From an uncultured Planctomycetota bacterium (GTDB taxonomy: Bacteria > Planctomycetota > Planctomycetia > Gemmatales > Gemmataceae): 64,000 bases of DNA. Made by a program: the position numbers and the translations under genes. Position 1 is the stretch's first letter. The number at the start of each line of letters is the position of its first letter. Below the pieces are notes generated by a model. The model ran no database searches. It had not been told where the DNA came from and worked only from the letters and a program-made list of their open reading frames with translations. The stretch covers positions 416,001 to 480,000 of the forward strand of contig CAWKHF010000012.1 in NCBI GenBank assembly GCA_963849325.1. The letters are read 5' to 3'. Below are positions 41,208-52,933 of the stretch, one piece after another.

Positions 41208-43094
41208 ATGGGAAAGCTTGAGGAAGACATTCTTGACGGACAGGCTGGCGAACCTTCGGGTGAAGTGTGGAGGGTGGAGAGTCGAGGGAACCATTCACCC
41301 TCCACCCGACGAGTTCGCCGTCTGCGGGAGATGTCCGCACGCGCTTGCAAGCGGGCCTTCGACCTGACGGTGGCCGTCACGGCCTTGGTTGTGCTGGCCC
41401 CGCTGTTTTTGTTGCTCGCCTTACTCATCAAGCTCGACAGCCGCGGCCCCGTCTTCTTCCGCCAGGTCCGCGTCGGCCGTCATCGCCGCCACTTCCTCAT
41501 GTGGAAGTTTCGCAAGATGCACCACGACATGCCGTCGCAGGGACCGAACCTGACCCGGCGCTACGACACGCGCATGACCCGCATCGGCCGGATACTCGAG
41601 AGGACCAAGTTCGATGAGCTGCCGCAGTTCTTCAACGTCCTCAGCGGAGACATGAGCATCATCGGCCCGCGCCCCGAACTCGTGCCGTTCGTCGAGTATT
41701 ATTCCGAGCAATGGGACCGTGTGTTGGTGGTGAAGCCTGGCATTTTTGGTCCCTGTCAGGTCCGCTTTCGCAATGAGTCGGAGCTGTACCCGCCGGGTTG
41801 CCGGGACATCGAGAACTACTACGTCGAGCATATCCTGCCGGCGAAGTTGGTGATCGACGCGGAATACGCGGCCCGCTACAGCTTGCTCGGCGATGCGGTC
41901 CTGCTCGTCCGCACTGTCTGGGCCTGCCTCGGCGGCGTCGTCACGCGGCAGACGCTCCTCAACCGCCGCTGGCAGATCGTCAATACTGTCGTCCTGTCGC
42001 TGGCCGGCTTCGCCGGGACGATGGCGGTCACGCACCTGCTCGGCCACGGGATGTCGCCGCGCGTCGTCTGGTGGGTGCTGCTGTTTTCCGCCGTGCTCAA
42101 GCCGGTGTGCGTCGTCGCCTTCCGCATTCCCATGGCGCTGGCGACCTCGGTGACGGCCGACGACCTGCTGCGCTGCTGCTGGTGTGCGGCGGTCAGCGGC
42201 GCTTGCTCGGCTGCGCCGAAATCCTGGCCGGCTTCCGCGACCTGGGACGCTCCGTTCTCTTGGCCGATACGGTCCTGTTCCTGACCGCGCTCATTCTCTA
42301 CAAACTCACCTGCTACAACATCTATCGCTGTTTCTTCCGGCAGCAGGCCTGGGGCTTGTGGCAGCACCTCGTCCTGGTCTCTCTTCTGCTCGGGCCGATC
42401 AGCATGGCCGTGGTGCTCGTCGTTCGGCACGGGTCCGCCGTCTGGCACAGTCCGCACACCCTCGGATTGCCGAGCCTCCTTCTGATCGCGCTGGCGGTTC
42501 GCCCCGCCGTGCTGCTCTTCAAGCCCATCGCCGCGCCGGATGGCCGCGCCCCGCAGCCGCCGCTGCAGTGGTGGCAGATCGTGCTCGGCTCGCTGGTAGG
42601 GTCTTCCCTGATCGTCTCGGGAGCGCTGCTGCTCAACGAGCGGGGGATGGGCCGGCTCGACGTGGCCTGCGATGGCGTCCTTTATGTCAGCCTGTTGATG
42701 ACCGTCGCCTGGTGGAGTCGGCGGCGAAGCGGCCGGCTCGCCTCCGTCGCCGAGGAAGAGGCCGTCCCGAAGGAGCGGCTGCTTCTGGTCGGCGAAGGGT
42801 CCGAACTGGGCGGCTACGTCAGCGCCTTGTCGTCCTTGCCGGAGCATCGCTTCGAGGTCGTCGGCGCCCTCGAGCACGCGCATCGGCTACCGCACGAACA
42901 TGGCCGGGACGATTTCCGTCCTCGGCGAGATCACCGACGCCCCGGAGGTGGTTCGCGGCATGGACGTGACCCGATTGGTCGTGCTCGACACCAACATCAG
43001 CGACGCCGACTTGGACGAGCTGCGCTCCGCCTGTGCCTTGAAGGAGGAGCAGGTGTTACGGGTAGAAATCCTCACGCCTCTCATGCGCCTGTGA
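41208..43094 (+). CDS. Phosphoglycosyl transferase (Bac_transf/PglC-like) fused to C-terminal membrane and Rossmann-like domains (frameshifted)
   Basis: KRAFD, FFRQVRVG, KFRKM, DELPQFFNVLSGDMSIIGPRPE, KPGIFG; then TMs and 'LLLVGEG...VVGAL...VLGEI'. Confidence 0.75.
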
Positions 43095-43104
43095 TGGGAA
43101 AAAA

Positions 43105-43173
43105 TCGTTTAGCCGCGACGCGCAGCGGAGCGCGGGACAATCCCGCGCTCCGCTGCGCGTCGCGGCTAAACGA
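43105..43173. repeat. REP-like palindrome family A, copy 4
   Basis: tcgtttagccgcgacgcgcagcggagcgcggga...tcccgcgctccgctgcgcgtcgcggctaaacga. Confidence 0.9.
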
Positions 43174-43564
43174 GTCCTTCGTCGGGACCATCCGTCGTGG
43201 CCTCCCCCAGAGGGTTGTGGGCGAAGATCCACTCCGTGATCGGTTGCCCTTCAACGAGGTGCTGCCGCACCAAGCGCGGGATGCGCTCGGCGGTCATGCC
43301 GTGATACCACGTCCCTTCGGGATAGACGAGCAGGGTCGGTCCATGACAGCAGATGCGCAGGCAGCCGACCTTGGTGCGGTAACAGGCGTTGTCGCCGCCG
43401 CCGAGGTTGTGCTGCTTGATTTGCTGCTTCAGGGCGTCCCACGCGGCTTGCCCTTCCTCCGGCGTACAGCAGTTCGGTCCCGTACACAGCAGGACGTGCC
43501 GCCGATAGGAGCCGATGCCGAGCTTCGCGGCGACCGCTTCGAGTTGTTCTTCTTCTCCAGCCAT
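43166..43564 (-). CDS. Thioredoxin-like [2Fe-2S] ferredoxin
   Basis: HVLLC..PNCC...KVGCLRIC..GP.LLVYPEGTWY. Confidence 0.88.
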   Translation of the reverse strand: MAGEEEQLEAVAAKLGIGSYRRHVLLCTGPNCCTPEEGQAAWDALKQQIKQHNLGGGDNACYRTKVGCLRICCHGPTLLVYPEGTWYHGMTAERIPRLVRQHLVEGQPITEWIFAHNPLGEATTDGPDEGLV

Positions 43565-43579
43565 GATCTCCTCCCGCGT

Positions 43580-46500
43580 TCATCCGGCATGGACGTTCGG
43601 CGCGGGCGAACGCATCGCCAGGCGGATGCGCCGCGCCATCTCCGCGAAAAGCAGCACCGAGGCCGTGCCTCCCAGGATGCACAGCCAATCGACTAGCCCC
43701 AGCGGCTCGACCTTGAAGATGTGGCCGATCCATGGCACGCTGATGATGAGCGCCTGCACGATCGCCACGATGCCGGCGATCGTCAGGAACGTCGGATTGT
43801 TGCCGAGGCCGCTCAGCCCACTCGTCTGGGGCGTCAGCGAACGGCAGTTGATCTCGTTCCACACCTGGAAAAAGATGTAGACCGTGAAGAAGATACTCAC
43901 CTGGCGGACGTTCAGGTCGCCGAACTCCCAATCGTCGGGATTGGGTCCGCTGCCGACCGCGAACCAGTGACGGTACGTCATCCCCCACAGCAGGACCATC
44001 ATGACGACGACGAAGAAGGCCGCCGTCGAGAAGATCGTCTTGACCATCGCGGGCGTGACGATGTTCTCGTCCTTGCGCTTGGGCGGCACCTGCATCATGC
44101 CCGGCCGCGGCGGCTCCGAACACAGGGCGATCGATGCGAACGTGTCCATGATGACGTTGATCCACAACAGTTGCAGCACCGTGAATGGCGGACGGACGCC
44201 GAAGAACGGCCCCAAAAAGGCGATGGTCAAGGCACTAACGTTGATGGTCAGCTGGAACTGGATGAAGCGCTGAATGTTCTCGTACAAGGACCGGCCCCAG
44301 TGGACGGCCTTGACGATGGTGGAAAAGGCGTCGTCCAGCAGCACGATCTTGCTGGCTTCCTTGGCGACCTCGGTTCCGGCAATGCCCATCGCCAGGCCGA
44401 CGTCGGCCTTCTTCAGTGCCGGCGCGTCGTTGGTGCCATCGCCGGTCACGGCAACGACGTGCTGCCGCTCCTGTAACAGCTCGACCATCTTGTACTTGTC
44501 CAGCGGCCGCGCCGGGCCAGCACGCGCAACCCCGTCAGCTGTCCCATCAGTGCGTTGCGCTGGCGAACCTCGGCCTCCGACAGATCGGTGTGGTCTTTCA
44601 GCTCCTTGAGCTGGGCGAATTGTTCGTTGAACTTCGGACTCGTCAGGACAACGGCGTCCGGCGTGTCGATGGCCGCGTCGCGGCGATCGACGAGGCCGAT
44701 GTCGGCGGCGATGGCGCGGGCCGTCTCAACGTTGTCGCCGGTGATCATCTTGACCTCGATGCCGGCCCGGCGACACTGCTCGAACGGCGTCCTTCACATC
44801 GTCGCGCAGCGGATCGCGGATGGCGACGAAGCCGGCGAAGACGAGACCGGATTCGAGGGCGTCGCGCCGGCCGTGCAGCGCCTCGTCGTCGGTGGGGGTG
44901 TCGGCGGGGAGCACCGCGTAACCGAACGCCAGGGTCCGCATCGCTTGGCTGGCCGAGTCTTTCAGGGCCGCTTGCACCGCCCCGCGCGCTTCGGTCGTCC
45001 ATTCGCGGCTGTTACCGTCCGACGCCTGGTAGTGCGTACACCGTTCCAGCAACCACTCCGGCACCCCTTGACCAGCACTACCAGCCGCTCGCCGTACTGG
45101 ACAACGGTGGTCATGCGCTTGCGCTCGGAGGAGAAGTGGACCTGATACAGAGGAGCGAATTGCAGACGCAGCTTTTGATATTCCAGGCCGGCCTCATGCA
45201 GCCATTGCAGCAGGGCGCCCTCCGTTGAATTGCCGACCGTGAGGAGTTTGCCGTTTTTCTCTTCCAGGTTGGCGGTCGAGTTGACGGCGGCGTTCAGGAC
45301 GATCCAGTCGAGCGGCTGCCCATCGCGCGGCCAGGTACGTTGCTTGTCCGGCAGTGCCCATTGCGATGAGCCGCGGTCGTGGATCTGGCCGTCCCAGAAA
45401 ACGCGAACCACCTGCATCTTGTTTTGCGTCAGCGTGCCGGTCTTGTCCGAACAGATGACCGTCGCCGAGCCGATCGTCTCGCACGCCACGAGCTGCCGCA
45501 CGAGACTGTTGGCGCGGGTCATCTTTTGCATGGCCAGGGCCAGCGACACGGTCACGCTCATCGGCAGCCCCTCGGGCACGGCCACGACGATGATGATGAC
45601 CATGTACACGAAGTAGCTGAGCAGCGCCTTGCTGCTGGCCAGCAAGGCTTCGCCGGTGGAGGCTTCCATCTCGCCGTTTGGATCGGGCAGATGGGTGGTC
45701 GGATTGACGTGCTCCGGATACCAGCGAACCTCGTGGGTATACAGACCGCGAGCCAACAAGGCGACGAAGATCGCAATGGCCGCAATGTAACCGACGTTGC
45801 TGATGAGATCGGCCAGGTTCTTCAGCTTGACCTGGAGCGGCGTCAGTTCCTTCGAGATGGTCAGCTTGTGCTTGACGCGATTCTCCTCGGTATCGGCCGC
45901 CGCTCGGGGCGCTGACGCATCCCCGCTCGCCTCTTCTTCTTCCTCGTCCTCGGCCGACAGGCGGCGAGCGATCTGGCCCAGGGCCGTCGCGTCGCCGACC
46001 TCGGCGACGAGCATCTGACCGACACCATCGACCACCTGCGTACCGCGATAAAGGCAACCGGGCTGGTCCGGCCCCTCGGCGCGTTCCTTGGACGGCTGCA
46101 CTCGTTTGCGCACCGGCTCGGATTCGCCGGTCATCAACGATTGATCGACGTACAAATCCGTGGCCTTGACGAGCCGGCCGTCGGCCGGGATCTCATCGCC
46201 GGTTTCCAGCATGACGGCGTCGCCAACGCGCACGTCTTCGAGAGGGGCCGTGTGGATGGAGCCGTCGCGGAGCAGCTTGACGCGGAGTGAATCTTTGTGG
46301 GCGTTGAGCACCTCAAACTCACGGTCGCTCTTGTATTCGCTGAGGAAGGCGACGCCGGTGGCGAGAATGACCGCCACCATCACGGCCAATCCCTCGACCG
46401 ACGGATGGCGCACCGCGATCAGCCCCACGAAGAACAGCACGAGGGCCGATACGAACAGGATGCTCGGCACCCAGTTCCCCTTGCCCTGCGCGAACGCCGC

Positions 46501-46776
46501 AGAGATGATCGCTGCCACCGCGATCAGTGCGATGCCGGCGAGTCCCGGCCGACCCTGGAATAGATCGACGAACATCGACAACAGCGCCGCCGCGAGCAGG
46601 ACCTTGATGATCGGCTCGTCGAACTTTTCGAGGAACTTCTTCCACAACGGTTCGCGCGGCAGCGGCGTCAGTTTGTTGACGCCGAATTGTTGCGAGCTTT
46701 GGGCGACGGCGGCGGCGCTGAGGCCGTTCTCGGAGGCGCCGGGGAACAGTTGCTCGATCTCGTGGAGGGTGCGCAT
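43580..46776 (-). CDS. Ca2+-translocating P-type ATPase (PMCA-like), frameshifted
   Basis: TGES, VAVPEGLP, CSDKTGTLT, MITGDN, VTGDGTNDAPALK, QLLWINVIMDT. Confidence 0.92.
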
Positions 46777-46792
46777 ACGCTCCTCAAAAAAG

Positions 46793-46867
46793 CCACCCTG
46801 TCCGAGCCGCGAGCGTCAGCGAGCGGAACAGCCCCGCTCGCTGACGCTCGCGGCTCGGACAGGGTGG
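46793..46867. repeat. REP-like palindrome family C'
   Basis: ccaccctgtccgagccgcgagcgtcagcgagcgg...ccgctcgctgacgctcgcggctcggacagggtgg. Confidence 0.9.
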
Positions 46868-46885
46868 ATGCCAGCGGCCCGGCTG

Positions 46886-47446
46886 TCACTGCTCCAGGAT
46901 TTCCGTTTCCTTCTTCTCCGCCATCTCCGTGATTTTCTCTTCGTACTGCTTCAACAGGGCTTGCACTTCTTCCTTGCCCTTGTCGCGTTCGTCCTCGGTC
47001 ATCTCCTTGGCCTTCTCGGCCTGGTCGAAGTGCTTGTTGCCGTCGCGGCGGATGTTGCGGCAGGCGACCTTGGCGTCCTCGGCGGACTTCTTGATGCGCT
47101 GCACCATTTTCTTGCGCTGCTCGCCGCTCATGGGCGGCACTTGCAAACGGATCATCTTGCCGTCGCTGTTGGGCGACATGCCAAGGTCGCTGGAGCGAAT
47201 GGCCTTCTCGATGTCCTTGAGGACGCTGGTATCGTAGGGCCGAATGACGATCTGTTGCGGATCGGGCGTGCTGATCTGGGCCATTTGCTTCAAGGGCGTC
47301 GGCGAGCCGTAGTATTCGACGCGCAGACTATCCACCAGGGCGGGAGTGGCCCGGCCCGTGCGCAGACCGCGCAGCTCGTCGCGGAAGACGTTGACCGCCT
47401 TGTCCATGCGCTCTTCCGTGTCCAGAAGGATTTCGTCGCTTGTCAT
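46886..47446 (-). CDS. frr: Ribosome recycling factor
   Basis: LRTGRATPAL..VEYYG..PL.QMA, RNIRRD, KKETEIL. Confidence 0.97.
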   Translation of the reverse strand: MTSDEILLDTEERMDKAVNVFRDELRGLRTGRATPALVDSLRVEYYGSPTPLKQMAQISTPDPQQIVIRPYDTSVLKDIEKAIRSSDLGMSPNSDGKMIRLQVPPMSGEQRKKMVQRIKKSAEDAKVACRNIRRDGNKHFDQAEKAKEMTEDERDKGKEEVQALLKQYEEKITEMAEKKETEILEQ

Positions 47447-47462
47447 GTTCGCACCTGTTCCC

Positions 47463-47535
47463 AAGTTCTGAGTTCTGAGTTCTGAGTTCTGAGTTCTTTT
47501 TTCACTCAGAACTCAGAACTCAGAACTCAGAACTT
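47463..47535. repeat. Inverted heptamer tandem repeat (AGTTCTG)n / (CAGAACT)n
   Basis: ~5 units facing ~4 complementary units, between pyrH and frr. Confidence 0.9.
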
Positions 47536-47537
47536 AC

Positions 47538-48284
47538 TTACAGGCTGACCAGAGTGCCGATGGGATGGCCGGCGATGGCCCGTTCGATGTTGCCTTCCTG
47601 TTTAAAGTTGAAGACGAGAATGGGCATCTTGGCTTCCTGGCACAGGCTGATCGCGGCCATGTCCATTACCTGCAAATTATCGCGGAGCACCTGGTGGTAT
47701 GTCAACTTTTCGTAACGCACGGCATGGGGGTTGATCTCCGGCGGAGCGCTGTAGACGCCATCGACCTTGGTGGCCTTGAGGAGAATGTCGGCCTGTAGCT
47801 CGCGGGCGCGCAGGGCGGCGGCGGTGTCGGTGGTGACGAACGGGTTGCCGGTGCCGCCGGCGAGGATGACGATGCGTCCCTTCTCCAGATGGCGGGTGCA
47901 ACGACGGCGGATGTACGGCTCGGCGACCGTTTCCATGCGGATGGCCGTCTGCAAGCGCGTCTGGCAGTTGAGGCTTTCGAGGGCGTCCTGCAGCGCCAGG
48001 CCGTTGAGCACGGTGGCGAGCATGCCCATGTAATGGGCGGTGCCCTCCTTGATGACCTCACCGCCGGCGCTGAACTGGGCGCCGCGGAGGATGTTGCCGC
48101 CGCCGACCACGATGGCGAGTTGGGCGCCGCGCTCGACGATGCGCTGGGCCTGGCGAGCGATGTTCAGCGTCTCGTCGATGCTGATGCCGCTTTTGCCGGG
48201 GTAGCCGAACCCCTCGCCGCTCAATTTGAGGATGACGCGCCGATACTTCGGCCGCAGCGGGTCGTGACTGGCGTGTTCGTCCAT
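47538..48284 (-). CDS. pyrH: UMP kinase
   Basis: [42 protein letters not shown]. Confidence 0.97.
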   Translation of the reverse strand: MDEHASHDPLRPKYRRVILKLSGEGFGYPGKSGISIDETLNIARQAQRIVERGAQLAIVVGGGNILRGAQFSAGGEVIKEGTAHYMGMLATVLNGLALQDALESLNCQTRLQTAIRMETVAEPYIRRRCTRHLEKGRIVILAGGTGNPFVTTDTAAALRARELQADILLKATKVDGVYSAPPEINPHAVRYEKLTYHQVLRDNLQVMDMAAISLCQEAKMPILVFNFKQEGNIERAIAGHPIGTLVSL

Positions 48285-48407
48285 GAAGTTCTTCCGGAGG
48301 GGATCGGTTTGGACTAAAGCTCTCCGGGATTATACGAGCGCCTGCAAACAACGGCGAGCGGGCGCGTGATGGCCACGGGGGAAAGCGGATCGCGTGATCG
48401 CGGCGTT

Positions 48408-48907
48408 TCAGACGGGGGCGTAGCGCGTCAGACCGGGCACGCGGTCGAAGTCGGTGTCGTTACTGGCGAGATTGGTCAGCCCATTCGCCTGCATCACGGC
48501 CACGATCAAGCCATCATTGAACAGAAGCCCCATTTGCTGGCTCAGCGCGACCGACGCAGCCACTAGGTTCGCCGTGGTGAGGATGATCTGGAGTTTGCTC
48601 TGAACAACTTCCTCAATGGCGAGGCGAAAGCGGCTCAATCGGCTGACGTTGGCGGGGTGTGTCCGCAGGCGATTGCCGATGCCCGCCACCGGCCAGTTCC
48701 ACAACGCGATGGCCTCCAGCGTCATCAGGCGATGGGCCGTTTCGCCCAAGATGTGCGTGGTGGTGACGCCGGAAAGCTCGCCGCGCTCGATCCGTCCCAT
48801 CAAGTCCGTACACGGGGCCCAAAGTGCGGGTGAGTCGAAAAATGATAAACCAAGGTGTTGGCGTCGATAAAGACCGTCGTGCTAGCCGGCAGGTCCGTGA
48901 AAATCAT
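48408..48907 (-). CDS. PIN-domain (VapC) toxin (indel near 48840)
   Basis: MIFTDL...VFIDANTLVY..., E in 'LGETAH', 'NDGLIVA', 'LASNDTDFD'; ATGA-coupled to the antitoxin. Confidence 0.85.
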
Positions 48908-49122
48908 GGGATCTCCGGCGGAGGAGGATAATCGAGTTCGGCGTCCTCCGCCGCCCATTCGATTATCCGCGCATCCATGCAGGGAATGATGCCGGCCGTC
49001 TGTTCGACCCAGCTTGGGCCCGTATACACGGTAATCGTCACTTTCTCCTGTTCCTTCAGTGGCAGTGGCTCGACCGGCTTGAGGACACCATTCTCGTAAA
49101 TCGCTTCAATCGTCAAAGGCAT
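48904..49122 (-). CDS. AF2212/DUF104-family antitoxin
   Basis: TIEAIYENGVLKPVEPLPLKEQEKVTITV. Confidence 0.88.
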   Translation of the reverse strand: MPLTIEAIYENGVLKPVEPLPLKEQEKVTITVYTGPSWVEQTAGIIPCMDARIIEWAAEDAELDYPPPPEIP

Positions 49123-49197
49123 GGGGGCACTCCTCCGGAATAGGACCGAGAACCAACCGCCATTGTACGTAGACAAGGCAGCCGTTGCTCCTCTCGC

Positions 49198-50315
49198 TTA
49201 CATGCTCAGCACCCGATCGCGCGCCGCGATGTCCCACGACCCGATCACCTCGCCGTTCTCGATCACGTAAGCCGAGCGGTGCAGGGCGACGGTCGGACAG
49301 ATGTGCGTCGGCACGGCGAAGATCTCGTCGCCGGGACGGTAGCGATCCGCGGCGGGCGTCTCGACGACGAAGTGTTCCTCATTCTGCAAGATCGGTTCAT
49401 AGTCGTGTACGTCGAGCAAGACGCAGCGCTTGCCGGCCGGCGGATCGCTGGCCACCGCCTTATAGCCGAGATCGAGCGTCAGGCGCGTCGGCGTCGGCCG
49501 GCTGACGACGCGCGTCAACAACAGGGCGGCGGGCGTGAAGCCGACGAGGTCGGCGTAGCGCGTGCCGTAGCCGTGGTCGTGCAGCACCAGCGTCCCCGGT
49601 GAGCACTCCAGGCCGGGCACGTCCAGCCGAGCGAAGACGGGGAAGGTCGGCGTGCCGCCGGCGACGAAGCGCGCGACCGGCAAACCCTTCTGTTCGAGGC
49701 TCGTCCGCAGTTTGAAGACCGGCTCCATCTGCGTCCGCACGGCGCTCTGCCGTTCGAGAAAACTCTCCTGATGATTGTGGCCGTCATAGACGTGCAGGCC
49801 GCCGGGCGCAAACCGGGCGAACGATGGATTATCTCGTACAGCTCGACGGCCTCGGCGCCCGGCGCGATGCCGGTGCGATGCTGGCCGATGTCGATGTCGA
49901 GCAGCACGTCCACCTCTTGCCCCTCGGCCGACAGGGCGTGCGACAGGGCCATGATCCCCGCGGGATGATCGGCGAGGACGGAGAAGCGACACTGCGGATA
50001 GGCGCGGAGCAGCCGAGCCAGGCGTCCGCAGTTGGGTCCGACGAGCGGGTAAGAGATCAACACGTCCGGGGCGCCGCACGAGGCGACCATTTCCGCCTCG
50101 GCGATGGTGGCGCACTTGTGCCGGGTGATGCCGGATTCCAACTCCAGGCGAATGATCTCGCGCGTCTTGTGCGTCTTGGCGTGCGGGCGAAGACGATCCG
50201 GCGAGCCGACCAACTCGACGGCGCGAGCGATGTTGTCGCGGATCAGGTTCTTATAGAAGAGCAGCGCGGGGCTGTAAATGCGCGAGGTATCGCGGACGGC
50301 ATATTGGGGGTTCAT
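49198..50315 (-). CDS. D-threonine aldolase-family PLP enzyme (frameshift near 49810)
   Basis: SPALL, RPHAKTHK, KCATIAEAE, HRTGI, GGTPTF, QNEEH, PTHICPTV. Confidence 0.88.
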
Positions 50316-50465
50316 GGGAGGTTCTCCCGAGTTCATGTCCGAGGTCGCCGGTCAGAGAAAATTATACGCGGACGATCCTCGCTTTTCCCTTCTCCTCTCT
50401 TGCACTCGCCGGTTAACGCGATACGATCAGACGGTCCTCCCTCGTTTCCTTCCGGGGTGTCCACC

Positions 50466-52597
50466 ATGTTGCGCCGCCACGTACTTGCCGCGATCCTTCT
50501 GTCTCTTGTCCCGTTCCGCCTTCACGCGGCAGATGCCTCGGCCGACACGGCGCGCGGCGATCATCTGCGCGATGCCTATTTCCGCCAGCAAGTGAAAGAC
50601 ATCGCCGACACCGACCTCGCCAACATCAAGACACGCGCCGACTGGGAAAAGAAGCGTCCCGAGTATCGCCGCCAGTTTCTCGACATGCTCGGCCTGTGGC
50701 CGCTGCCGCCGCGCACCGACCTGCACGCCACCGTCACCGGCAAGGTCGAGACGGATCTGTTCACCGTCGAAAAGCTGCACTTCCAGTCCAGTCCCGGATT
50801 GTACGTCACCGCGAACCTCTACGTCCCCAAGCGTGCCGCACTGCCCGCTCCCGCGATCCTGTACGTCTGCGGCCACGCCAACACGGTCCTCGACAAGGTG
50901 TCCTACGGCAGCAAGGTCAACTACCAGCATCATCCGGCCTGGTTCGCGGAACACGGCTACGTCTGCCTGATCCTCGACACCCTGGAACTGGGCGAGATTC
51001 CGGGCGAGCATCACGGCACCTTCCGGCGCGGCATGTGGTGGTGGCAGGCGCTCGGCTACACGCCGGCCGGCATCGAATGCTGGAACGCGATGCGGGCGCT
51101 GGATTACCTGCAAACGCGCAAGGAAGTGGATGCCAAGCGCATCGGCGTCACCGGCCGTTCGGGCGGCGGAGCGACGTCGTGGTGGGTGGCGGCGGCCGAC
51201 GAACGACCGCAGTGCATCATCCCCGTGGCCGGCATCGCCGACCTGTATGCGCACGTCGTTGAGGGGGTTGCTCCGCGCTTCCGCCACGGCGTCATCTCCG
51301 GCCATTGCGACTGCATGTATTTCGTCAACACCTATCGCTGGGACTTCGGCCGGGTCATCGCCCTGTGTGCGCCGCGGCCGTTGCTCCTGGGCAACAGCGA
51401 CCAGGACGACATCTTCCCCGTCGCCGGCTATCGCCGTCTCGCCGACAAGGTCCGACACATCTATGAGCTGTATGGAGCGGCGGACCATTTCGCCCTGATG
51501 GAGACGAAGGGGCCGCACAAGGACACGCCGGAATTGCGGCGAGGCGCCTATCAGTGGATGAACCGCTGGCTGAAAAACGACCGCAGCGCCGTGAGCGAGC
51601 GCGAGGTGCCGCGTCTGACGCCGCAGCAGCTCAAGGTGTTCGATCGTCTGCCGGCCGACGCGATCAATGCGACCATCCACGAATCGTTTCTCAAGCCAGC
51701 GAAGATCGAGCAGCCGCAGACGCCGGCGGTGACGCGGGAGTGGTGGAAGGGCCGCGCCCCGAATTGCTGGAAGAGCTGCGCAAGCGCGTCTTCCACGGTT
51801 GGCCGGACAATCCGCCGCCGCTGAACGCTCGGCGCGCTCAGGATGTCAAACACAATGGATTGCGCCTCCGCGCCTACGACTTCGTCAGCGAAGATCAGGT
51901 CGAGCTGCGGCTGTGGCTGATGACCGCCGAGAAGGTCGAGAAACCGACGCTGGTGGTCCTCAACGCCCTGGACGAACCCGGCTGGAGTGAGTGGGTCGCG
52001 GACCTTGGCCCCGCCTTCAAGGAAGCGCTGCAGCTGAGTGCCGAGCCGAAGCTGGACGCGGCCCGCTTCGCGCAAAACCTCAAGACGCTGGAGTTCCATC
52101 GCTGGGCGTTCGCAGCCGTTACGCCGCGCGGCATCGGCCCGACGCGCTGGTCCGAGGTCAGTCCGTTCGACGGCAAACCGGCCGGCCATCAGATTCGCCG
52201 CCGCTTTGCGCTGCTCGGTCAGACGCTCGACGGCCAGCGCGTCTGGGACGTGCGCCGCGCCCTGGCCTGCCTGCGCACGGTGCCCGATCTCAAGGACGTC
52301 CCGTTGTGGCTGCAAGGCAAGAACGACATGGCCGGCATCGCGCTGTACGCGGCGCTGTTCGAGCCGGACGTGGCGCGACTGGACCTGTGGCATCCGCCCG
52401 CGTCGCACCGACAGGGGCCGATCTTCCTCAACGTGCTGCGCGTGCTCGACATGCCGCAGGCCGTGGCGCTGGCCTTCCCGCGCAAGGTCCGTCTCTACGT
52501 CAAGGACGATGACGAAGCCAAGGCGTGGGAGTGGCCGATGCGGTTACAAAAGGCGCTGGGACAGGATTATTTGCAGATACGTCGAGTCGGAGAGTAG
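50466..52597 (+). CDS. Secreted two-domain alpha/beta hydrolase (acetylxylan esterase-like), frameshift near 51760
   Basis: Signal peptide; 'YVTANLYVP', 'CGH', 'RIGVTGRSGGG', 'GHCDC', 'APRPLLL'; second domain 'GQTLDGQRVWDV'. Confidence 0.8.
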
Positions 52598-52613
52598 GCG
52601 CGGACTTGGAACA

Positions 52614-52856
52614 TCACGGCTTCTCCAGGCTTTTCAGATGTTCCATCACCTCTTCGAGACTGTACCATTCCGTCGATTGTTCTCGCCGCTTCAACTCTTC
52701 CTCGCTGACATCCGGCGAGACCTGCTCCCATTGCGACAGATCGATCAGGGGGACGAATCGTCCGAGCACTCGTCCCGAAGGATCGCACAGCTCAACGGGA
52801 CGGCCGAGTTCGCTCAGCTTGCTGGACACGCCGGCATCGAGGATGATCTGTGTCAT
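52614..52856 (-). CDS. Small acidic antitoxin-like protein
   Basis: MTQIILD...VELCDPSGRVLGRFVP...SEEELKRRE...YSLEEVMEHL; RBS aaggag. Confidence 0.6.
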   Translation of the reverse strand: MTQIILDAGVSSKLSELGRPVELCDPSGRVLGRFVPLIDLSQWEQVSPDVSEEELKRREQSTEWYSLEEVMEHLKSLEKP

Positions 52857-52933
52857 GGCATAGGCTCCTTGGTTCGATCTCTTGCCCCCATTCTATCCTT
52901 GTCGGTTCCACGGCTGGTAGAGGAAATGGAACG

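Noticed and set aside
48408-49122. PIN/AF2212 pair as a novel system
   Set aside because: Ordinary, well-known type II toxin-antitoxin arrangement
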